A stretch of 64,000 bases of DNA from Octopus sinensis (Eukaryota), in contig NC_043012.1 in the NCBI RefSeq assembly GCF_006345805.1, positions 49,414,001 through 49,478,000 of the forward strand, read 5' to 3'. The notes beneath the pieces are model-generated. The model was given only the letters and a program-made list of their open reading frames with translations, was not told the origin of the DNA and searched no databases. Positions 53,701-64,000 of the stretch are shown here, piece by piece (position 1 is the stretch's first letter; each line of letters starts with the position of its first letter). The position numbers were made by a program, and so were the translations under genes.

Positions 53701-54809
53701 TTGGATTGAAGTAGAGGTGAATGAATTATGCAATCTTTAGACCCACAGATTGAAGAAAACATCATGGTAATATTAAAAGGAATTATGTGGTGAGAACTTA
53801 TATGTCTGAGTGATAAAATGTAGTTTGTAAGAAACCGAATGAAAGAAAACAAAAATAAAACAAAATTACGGCTACAATAGTTGTCTATTCTCACATTAAA
53901 TTAGTGCCTTTCTTGCAATTAATGTCTATTCAACTTGAAGATTAGTAATTAAAAATTACCTTCAGCGCCCGTCATTTTCTTTCTTTTTGCTAAAGGGACA
54001 AGTCTTAAATCACGTCGTTTTCGAATATATATCAAGTGGTTGTCGTCTTATTTATGATTTTCTGTACACGAAAATAGGTTCTAGGTATCTTTATCAAGAA
54101 GTTAATCTTTCCATTATTAAATTTGTCATGGTAAGCAATTATAAATTTTCTCTTATCATGAAATCTATCAATTGTTGCCTCTATCAGTCAGTTACTCCTC
54201 AATTTGTCTTGTTTACCCTTCGTTTCCTTTGTTTTCATTGTTCAAACTTATCGCATTCTCCTTCACTAACAACACTGAAGGACTGCGAAAGTGAAAGTAG
54301 ATTTCTGAAGATGTACATTATACTTCGAAATTTACTTCAAACATGGTAGTTGGTTGGTTGAGATGGCATCACATTGTATTCTCTTCTTCATATTCAAGTA
54401 AACAATTGTTGTTCTTTCTCTTTTTTAACTAACGTAGGTGAAAATATTGTTAGTTGAATTTTCCCCCCAGTGATAGAAATAAGAATTCATTGAATTTCTA
54501 AAATTCTGAATAATCAAAATTGAACAGAAATAAAGAAACAAATGCAGAAAATCTATCAGTATACAGAAATAAGGATTATTTCTTTATTAAACGTACCTTA
54601 GACACTGACAAATCTGTTATGGCACACTCGATTAAATACATTACAACACTTTTCTCTTACGTTCTCAGCTTAACAAAAAGGAATAGAATTTATTTTCCAT
54701 CACAGCAGTATCAATAAACCAAGAAGAATGTATTAGTTTTAATTTCATCGATCATAAAATTCTGTAAAGCAATCATATATATAAGCTCTGGTTATCGTGA
54801 ACTTGCTCT

Positions 54810-55053
54810 AACTCTTTTACTCTTTTACTTCTTTCAGTCATGTGACTGTGGTCATGCTGGAGCACCGCCTTTAGTCGAGCAAATCGTCCCCAGGTCTTAT
54901 TCTTTGTAAGCCTAGTACTTATTTTATCGGTCTCTTTTGCCGAACCGCCAGGTTACGGGGACATAAACACAGCAGCATCGGTTGACAAGCGATGTTGGTG
55001 GGACAAACATAGACACACAGACATTTACATACACTTACACACTCACTATATGT

Positions 55054-55115
<62 letters not shown>

Positions 55116-55252
55116 CATATATATGAAGGGTTTCTTTCAGTTTCCGTCTACCAAATCCACTCACAATGCTTTGGACGGCCCGAGGCTATAGTAGAAGACA
55201 CTTGCCCAAAGTACCACGTGGTTGGTAAGCAAGCTACTTAGCAGACAGCCAC
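54810..55252 (-). mobile_element. SINE family A
   Basis: TACTCTTT tail repeats and CGAACCGC..; reverse-complement homolog of 2341-2793. Confidence 0.85.
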
Positions 55253-55689
55253 TTATTTCAATATTTTCATGTAATTTAGAAGCTTTCCTGCACAGGTAAG
55301 AAACCATATGGTTACTAACCCGTGGACAATGCTCACGTGGTGCATTGACTCATTATTCCTTTTATATTTTGCTGCCCATGAAAGTAAACAACTGAGTAGT
55401 TTGTTTTTCAAAAATTAATGGCGATGCAAATTCATAAGGGGTGAACTTTGAGCAAAAATATATCTGCAGCAAGATTATTTGTATGGATGCGTGCACTTCT
55501 GTATATGGGTATATGAGAATGTAATTGATGATTATTATGATGGCAAACAACAGTTACATTTTGAACAACCTTATATGCATTTATAATAAAGCTTTTATTC
55601 AACACTGCTTTACATAGAACTTCCAAATTAAGTTGCAATTTTACGCTGACCAGTATTTTGTGCAAAGTTCAGAAAGCTTTGAGATCAGA

Positions 55690-55900
55690 TCAGTTGCTAA
55701 ATTGGCAAATTCATCAATGATTGTTGAATATCAATTTCTGATTTTTAATGAAGTTGCCTCGTTTGAGCATATACTTGATAAGTTAATGCACAAGATACAA
55801 TAAGAAATGTAAATTCCGGGGAAACTGGAAACCGTTGACGAAATTTTCTTCAGCTTTTTGTATCCGCTTTCTCTGGAAAGCTCATTTAGGATACTCTTAC
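55690..55900 (-). mobile_element. hAT transposase C-terminal dimerisation-domain remnant
   Basis: FPGIYISYCILCINLSSICSNEATSLKIRN*YST resembles FPNI..LT.PVS..S.ERSFS.LK.IKN.LRST. Confidence 0.45.
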
Positions 55901-57289
55901 AATAGTGTATGGCTACAACCCTGCTTAAATAGGTGTAAATCACTATCAGCCAATCTAAGAAGAATGGCCCAGTAATTCTCTATTAATGTCTGCTCATAAG
56001 GATAAAAATCTTGTGTGGTTATTAAACGAAATTCCATTGAACCGAAAATTTGGATAGTAGTACAAACACACGTTGTAGGTTTACTTAATTCTTATAGTTT
56101 CATGAGGGTTATCTGTAGCCTAAAATACACACCTACGCGTGATGACACTGTGTACACGGAATAATGTCTCATTTTACAAAATCATGTCATAAATAGGACA
56201 ATTAACTTTAATAGAGTATAACATACTCGAAAAACTGAAACCGGTAACCAACATCATCCCTATTTCGTGTTTTCATGGGTCTAGCGATGAAATTCTTATA
56301 TTTAAATCTGTCAGTGTATGCCGCAATGATAATTTGTTGATATTAAACTAAGTTGAAGCAGGGAGTGAAACATTTAGTATCAGGTAGTTTAGAGCTATTT
56401 ATCTACATGCACATGAGTATGAAAACCAAGGACTTCAATTTCTGACCTAGGAAGTTTAATGATCTTATGTAAACGGATAATGAGATTTCTATTTCCTTCT
56501 GCGTGATAAAGTTTATGGCAATCCAACACAAAAATTCATCTCAAAAAAGTTGAGTAACTAAAAGTATTAAAATTATGTCCGCTGTAGATGAAGCTAATAG
56601 TCCAGATAATTATAATGTCAATAACAAGAATTTATCACAAAACAATGGCGATTTAATCAAAATAGTGCATAAAAATGCATTCAGTAAATACCGAGCATCA
56701 ATATCCGGTGAATCTGCATCGTTGGTCTACACAGATATAACTTTTGTAAACAAGTTTTCCCTTCATTTACTGATCAACTGTACAACATTGCATTTAATGG
56801 GTGCTATAAACTTGTCTTATTTTTCTGTTTTATATATTTAAAAAAGAAGATAAAAATATACGGCTAACGTAACCGCATTAAAATGTACAGTCAGAATCTC
56901 CTTGGCAACAGTAGTTATCAGGTAATGCATTTATTTATACGTATATATATATATATATATAATATATATATATCTATATATATAATATATATATATATAT
57001 AACATATATATATATACATATACATATTATATATATATATATATGTTATATATATATCTATGCATGTATGTATGTATGTATGTATTTGACGCTATTTATT
57101 CATGACCTTTATTGAGCAAAATCTACATTAATAAACAAAGAGTATTACATAAAGAAAAAAAAGTAAATACATAAATTATGATGAAGGTGACAATGATGAA
57201 GATAAAGCTGAAGAAATGGATGATAGATGAAAAGCGAAGACGATTAAAAGACGAAGACAACGATGATGAGAAAGGTGACGATGACGAAG

Positions 57290-57410
57290 AAGAAGAAAGA
57301 AGAAGAAGAAGAAGAAGAAGAAGAAGAAGAAGAAGAAGAAGAAGAAGAAGAAGAAGAAGAAGAAGAAGAAGAAGAAGAAGAAGAAGAAGAAGAAGAAGAA
57401 GAAGGAGAAG
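57290..57410. repeat. (GAA)n trinucleotide tract
   Basis: Long pure AGAAGA run. Confidence 0.95.
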
Positions 57411-57867
57411 ATATATGATGGTGATGATTATGAAGGCGACAAAGAGGAGGAGAAAAGCCAGGGAAAATGGAGAGCATGGGTAGGGAAAGAGTTACACCAA
57501 CAAAGACATCTACGATGACGTGAGAGAAAGCGGCGGAAAGTGTTGACGTCAATTGTTATGGCATGTATGGCAAAGACGATATCAGATATAAATATATTTA
57601 TATGAACGATATTGATATGTAAATATCTACAACAATATATGTAACTATGTATTAGAAATAAACCACATACGCGCGCGCATGCACACATGTACATATATAA
57701 TTATATATACATACACACACACACACAATATATATGATCACATATTTCCATTGACATACAGATATTCTTATAGAAATATGTGCAAGCATAAACAGGCTGA
57801 AATATATATATATATACATATATATATGCATATACACACACACATATATATATAAACATATATATAC

Positions 57868-57925
<58 letters not shown>

Positions 57926-58632
57926 TGTATGTATGTATGTATCTCTCTATCTATTTATCTATGTATCTATCTATCTCTATATACACGTACATACACATAC
58001 AGAAGAGGAGCAATTTTATGTACCACCGAACTGACGTGAATAGCTGCATGTATACACATTTAAGTGCACTGTACCTCTATATGCAGACATGCATAATACA
58101 TCGAATATCTAAAACATTCATCTAAATATATCGAATTCTATATATGTTCATATATGAATGCATATTCATGTATGCGTCTATGTGCATGTGCCTGTGTTTG
58201 TAAGTATATTTATAAATGCAAGAACTTGAGTGCATTTGCGTTTGAATGTAGACTTAAACTTCTTTTTTTTTTCTTGTTATTGTTATTTTTCCTTTACGCG
58301 CCGACATATATGAAGATATATTTGAATCTGAGTGGAATACCTGAGAGAAAGAAAGGAACATATAAAGTATTGTGTAAAGTATTAAAATCATATATGTATA
58401 TATATATATATATAAATATATATGTATGTGTATATATATTATATAGATAATATATATATATATATTGATATATATATAGATACATACATACATACATACA
58501 TACATACATACACACATACATACATACATACATACATAACCCGGACTTTAGAGTGACGTCTAAAGTGATGTAATAATAATCAGTGAGTGTCGCGTAAGCA
58601 ACATTGAATCTACTGGGGAAATGGTGAGGGTA

Positions 58633-58688
<56 letters not shown>

Positions 58689-59325
58689 ATGCATGCCTGT
58701 GTGTATGTCCGTGTGTGGTTGTCTAAATACATAGATATGTATGTATGTGTGTATGTATAAACATTTAAATGATGAATGGTGCCTAAATGAAGGAATGGTC
58801 GGATCAGATAAAGAACACAGAGAAAAGATGAGAATATAAAGGAAAACGATAAAATTCCTAGAGAGTAAAAAATGAGAGTTAAATGGATAGTGAAAAATAG
58901 AAAATGGAAAGTGGAATGTTAAAGTGAAAATAATAAAAACGCTAACGACGTTTTGATACTAATGTATTACTCTATGTCTCAGAACGTGTGTGTGGTGTGT
59001 GTATTGCATTTCTTCCCCTCTGTCTTCATATAAGCATATACATATATTTATTCAGACACACATGCGTACATAAACACATACACACACACACATACACTCA
59101 CATATACACATACATTGGGTGCGTACGGAGCCATGTAAGAATTGATGTCGTGTTCAATTCCCAGTAGTTCGGCCCATCTTCTTTCTGTCAATCGTTTAGG
59201 TTTAGTCACTTTAAATGGGTCATATATTATTATTTAAACAATACATACATACACACACACACGCACATACACACACACACACACACACGCACACATATAT
59301 ATATAACTTCGTATACATATATATA

Positions 59326-59359
<34 letters not shown>

Positions 59360-59361
<2 letters not shown>

Positions 59362-59550
59362 CTCCTGAGTTTCACGTTCCCGTTCGTCGGACAGTTTGTT
59401 AAAAACAAAACTGTCCGACGAACGAGAACGTGAAACTCCGAGTAACAGCTGCTGTTAATTATTATGCTTTTAAATAAAACATATTACTCTACCGCGGTAT
59501 TTGAGTACTCTTGTTCCACCTTGTTTCCCATTTATGTGTTTACTCCGGTA
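59360..59550. mobile_element. Short element with inverted hammerhead-motif pair (U4C variant); second family member at 62585-62742
   Basis: Plus strand 59411-59448: CTGT-CCGACGA-ACG-AGAA-CGT-GAAA-CTC-C-GAG-TA-ACAG. Mirror copy on the minus strand at 59360-59400. Confidence 0.65.
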
Positions 59551-59571
59551 TATATATAATACAATATATAT

Positions 59572-59622
<51 letters not shown>

Positions 59623-60758
59623 TATATAATATTATATATATATATATAAACAAATCAATTGCGATAAAATAAAAATAATTATAATCGCTGGTAGTCCTAC
59701 TAACACAAGCCATATATTTTTCATATATCAGTACATTAAGGCGAAATATGTGCTAGGAATACAGAGCTTGATTAAATTAAGTGAAAGAAGATAAAAACTT
59801 TACTAAACCGGGTATTCTCAGACTGCAGTTTCTTTCTTTTCAGCAATAAGATAATTTTTTGCCCAGGGAGAATCTTCAGTGAGACCCTGTTTTTCTGGAT
59901 CCTAACTCATCTAGAACATGTGGCGTCGAATGATTTACTCTTCCTAACTAATCATATCACTGCGCGAACTCCGAACGTCCCGACAACACTAGGGAATTCT
60001 GGTATATATATATATATATATTATATATATATATTATATACATATGTGTGTGTGTTTCTGTGTGTACAAAGTTGTATATATGCACGTGTCTATGCATTGT
60101 GTATGAATGATATTCCATAGTTTGTTGTGCGACTAAGGGCTAACGTAATATCTCCTAATAACAGCTCTGACGATGTACACCACCAGTGATTAAATAGTTT
60201 GCCCAGATGAACTGAAATTGTACTGCATGTAGCATTGCCTCCCCCGACCCGCACGCACTCATACACATGCATACACAGTGACACGCACGCACACAGATTG
60301 GATAAGTTATGTAATTAAAAATTAATGTAATGTTATAGTTTCGTAATATCTAATTATCAATTGGTTTCGTGCCAGAAATTGAGGATCAACTCGGTCAGTC
60401 GTCAGATATAGTTGAAGTGAACAGCATGGAATTGGCTTTATCACTGGACGACTGAAAAATATGACATTCTGTTTATGGGTCTTACAGGTCTTGTCAAAAT
60501 ATATCGTGGTAAAAATTTACGCTGGTCAAATACAAGGAGAGAAAATATTTACTTCACTGGAATTATGGTGCTTGCATGGAGACCAAAACTGATCCCCTTG
60601 ATAAAGAATATAGTTTCTTGCAAGTTCGTGCTTGAACTGAGATGAAGACGGGTTGAGCTGAAGGTGTTTGAGATTAGGAATGAGCATCTGGGTTTAGGTT
60701 TGATTTTAAAATCATGTGGTTACGTACAAGCATGTACGTATGATTACATATATATATA

Positions 60759-61958
60759 CAGGGTCTTTCAAAAAATTTGATATCATTTCGCGATCTAATA
60801 ATTTTGCCAGTTCTTGTTTAAATGACTCCAAATTTTAACAGCGTATGTAGAAACAGGTCAAAATTGTATGTTTAATATTTTATATGTTTATTTTTTCAGG
60901 TTTAGAAATGACATTCACTAGAAGAGAAAAGGCGTTTTGTGTGTTGGAGTATGCTCGAACACAGTCGAACAAGAAGACTGAGCAGCATGTATTTTTGAGA
61001 TTGTTCTCCAAAAAGGCACCAACGGCAATGCAGATTTAGACATGGCTAAAAAAAAAATTCAAAGAAGGCTGTCTGTACAGGGAAAAATGATCCGGACGAC
61101 CAGTAACATCGGAAGAGACGATCGAGCGAGTTCGCCAAGATCTCTTGCGGAGCCCCACAAGAAGTCCATAAGAAGAACAAGTTTCGAAACCCAGATACCT
61201 CCAGCAACAGTTTGGCGCGTTCTGAGGAAACGCTTGCTAATGAAACCCTACAATCTGCAGGTCGTTCAGGTCATAACGGCAGTTGACAAGCGAAAGCGCA
61301 AACAATTTCGTGTTGATATGCAAGTAACATTTGAAGAAGCCAAGTTCAAGGAACGTCTTATTTTCAGTGACGAGGCCACTCAATAAGTATAATGTTCGCA
61401 TTTGTGGCGAAGAAAATCCCCATGCTACAGTTGAGCATGAGAAGGACTGATCAAAGTAAATGTGTTCTGCGTCATCCCCAAGAAGCATCTTCATGGCCCG
61501 TTTTTCTTTGAGGGTATGTGACCAGTGATGTTTATCTGCAGATACTTGAGAACTGGCTAATGGATGTGCTCATAGCAAGTTAACATGAAGACTTCATCTT
61601 TTAACAGGACGGGGTTTCTCCTCACGGAAACTCGCTGTGCTTATCTCAATACCAGCCTGCGAGGGAGATGGATCAGGCGTACTGGTGATCAAGACAATGT
61701 GTTTTTGAAATGCCCCCCCCCCACACTTTCACCTGACCTGACACCATGCGATGGTATTCTAAGTGGCTATGTGAAGGGCCTGATCTGTATCCCCTTCTTC
61801 CCACAAACCTAGAGGAAAATGCTGCAGCGTGTTTGGGAGGAGCTGGAAATAAATCTTATGCTGCTCAAAATTAAGCCTGTTTAGTTTCATTTGCTTTCAC
61901 TGTGTAGTTTCTGTAATACTTACATCTCAAATGATATCAAATTTTTTGAAACACACCG
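60759..61958 (+). mobile_element. mariner-like (rosa/DD41D- or maT-related) transposon, decayed, with TIRs and TA TSD
   Basis: TIRs CAGGGTCTTTCAAAAAATTTGATATCATTT / AAATGATATCAAATTTTTTGAAACACACCG; MTFTRREKAFCVLEYAR..SGRP; FSDEAT; QDG; RWIRR..SPDLTPCD. Confidence 0.9.
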
Positions 61959-62584
61959 TATTAAAGTTGGGTGTGTTAAATCCCATAGAAATTCCTCATA
62001 TTGCTTTGAGGGGAAACACCGATAGAGGTAGAATGTTATAGCATATCTATGACCCAATCGGCCAGTTGGCCTAGGCATATATTCGTTCATGAAAGCAGTA
62101 GCAAAAATCTTCATGTTTAGACATTAGGTAGTCACTTGGGTGGATGAATTCTACAATCTGGCTTTGTTCTCAGCTAAGCGGTGGCTGTAACCTCTACTTC
62201 AGCTGAAGTAAGTTTACCACGTTTCTAGCTTCACTTTTTGTAACATGATGCACAATATTTTACTTCGATAAGCATATGTGAAAGCATATGCGATTCAGAA
62301 GAAGCTTCAAAAGTTTTGAACCATTTTTTGACGATTGCTTTGGTTTGGTTCTCCCCAAAATGGTATAAAATGGATTGGTAATTTAGCTGCTATGATCGCA
62401 TAGCATTATATTTGTCAACAATAATAATATAAAACTTCAATCAAGTTATGATTACCTGTTTTGTGATTCTTTGATTTTTTTACAAATATATGCGTATGTA
62501 TGCACATATATTACGCATATGTGCACACACACATGTAGACACAAAAATATTTTTCTTTATTCGTCAAGCTACAAAGATATCACA

Positions 62585-62742
62585 AAAACTGTTATTCAGT
62601 GTTTCACGTTCCCATTCGTCGAAGTTTTGGTTGGAACATTCCCAACCAAAACTGCAACTTTAATAATAAAGCATATTACTCTACTTCCTGCATTCGAGTA
62701 TATTTTTTCACCTTGTTTCACATTTAGGTGCTTACTCTGGTA
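62585..62742. mobile_element. Second copy of the 59360 family
   Basis: GTTTCACGTTCCCATTCGTCGA, hairpin AGTTTTGGTTGG/CCAACCAAAACT, shared CATATTACTCTAC..CACCTTGTTTC..TACTC.GGTATAT tail. Confidence 0.7.
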
Positions 62743-62759
62743 TATATATGTACATATGT

Positions 62760-62762
62760 ATA

Positions 62763-62817
<55 letters not shown>

Positions 62818-62917
62818 GCTGTTATTATTATTATTGCTGTTATTATTATTATTGTTGTTATTATTATTATTATTGTTATTATTATTATATTATTATATTA
62901 TTATTATTATATTATTA

Positions 62918-62961
<44 letters not shown>

Positions 62962-62970
62962 ATTATTGTT
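62760..62970. repeat. (ATT)n microsatellite (another at ~63597-63725)
   Basis: Directly visible. Confidence 0.95.
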
Positions 62971-63079
62971 TGACTTCTGCTTTATATTTGTACAAGTTGG
63001 CTCCAAGTCTCATCCAGAGACCTCAAGAGACAACAGGTTGGAAGTTCACGTTGTTGTTATGCCTAGTGTGCCATATATT

Positions 63080-63495
63080 TGGTTACTCTTTTTACTCTTT
63101 TACTCTTTTACTTGTTTCAGTCATTTGACTGCGGCCATGCTGGAGCACCGCCTTTAGTCGAGCAAATCGACCTCGGGACTTATTCTTTGTAAGCCCAGTA
63201 CTTATTCTATCGGTCTCTTTTGCCGAACCGCTAAGTGACGGGGACGTAAACACGCCAGCATCGGTTGTCAAGCAATGCTAGGGGGACAAATACAGACACA
63301 CAAACACACACACACATATATATATACATATATACGACAGGCTTCTTTCAGTTTCCTTCTACCAAATCCACACACAAGGCATTGGTCGGCCCGGGGCTAT
63401 AGCAGAAGACACTTGCCCAAGATGCCACGCAGTGGGACTGAACCCGGAACCATGTGGGTTAGCAAGATACTTACCACACAGCCACTCCTGCGCCT
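63080..63495 (-). mobile_element. SINE family A, well-preserved copy
   Basis: (TACTCTTT)n tail through to CACACAGCCACTCCTGCGCC head. Confidence 0.9.
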
Positions 63496-63609
63496 GGTTG
63501 TTTTTTTTTGGTGTTGTACTAGTGGATATCTAAAAAAAATTGTTTGTTTTAAACCTTGAGATTACATAGAAAGTATTTTGCGTAGGATATGAGCAGTTTA
63601 TTATTATTA

Positions 63610-63641
<32 letters not shown>

Positions 63642-63664
63642 TTATATTATTATTATTATTATTA

Positions 63665-63706
<42 letters not shown>

Positions 63707-64000
63707 TATTATATTATTATTATTACAGGTGAGTAGAACGAATATTTTCTACATCTATAATATACAATTATTTACACCATTCTTCCTTGGCCCTTTCGGC
63801 TGTATCAACTGCATACTGCTATTTGTGTATCTTGGTGTTAATTGTCGATGCAGTTTCTTCAGGGTCCGTTATTTACTGCCATTCGATGTTAGTCTGAAGA
63901 AATTACGAGGATGGTTGAATAATAAGTGTCTTTTAGGTGCTGGTGTTACTATAAACGGTTGTATTATTCTGTATCCAAAGTCAATAACTGAATAATTGTT

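Noticed and set aside
63770-63870. Minus-strand CUGAAGA plus 8-bp stem plus GAUA
   Set aside because: GAAA is broken and there is no UH site or stem I; likely chance

Overview
Eukaryotic, AT-rich, repeat-saturated DNA with no host gene I can support, so probably intergenic or deep intronic. The SINE repertoire and microsatellite density point to an octopus genome (inference, not a database match). Most entries in the ORF track are translations of microsatellites. The window holds three sets of features. (1) Many tRNA-headed SINEs of at least four families. (2) Decayed transposons: three Helitron segments, Tc1 DD34E, Tc1 DD36E carrying a nested HERO-like LINE, a rosa/maT-like mariner, hAT remnants, a head-to-tail chain of Dong/R4 LINEs, CR1-like LINEs, a possible Gypsy remnant and a Penelope-like GIY-YIG fragment. 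(3) The most interesting layer: several unrelated short non-coding elements that carry hammerhead ribozyme motifs, mostly sitting in or beside microsatellite tracts. The strongest case is 50854-51610, about 1.5 tandem copies of a ~497-bp unit. It contains a fully canonical type I hammerhead (51288-51354), and its 5' end lies within about 5 nt of the position equivalent to the cleavage site. This architecture suggests a retrozyme or circular-RNA retro-copy. Other hammerheads are variants (extra nucleotide after A9, U4C, U.U at the base of stem II) and often sit in fold-back inversions. An unclassified ~935-bp element with long TIRs and a 6-bp TSD, and a 157-bp-arm palindrome, also stand out.
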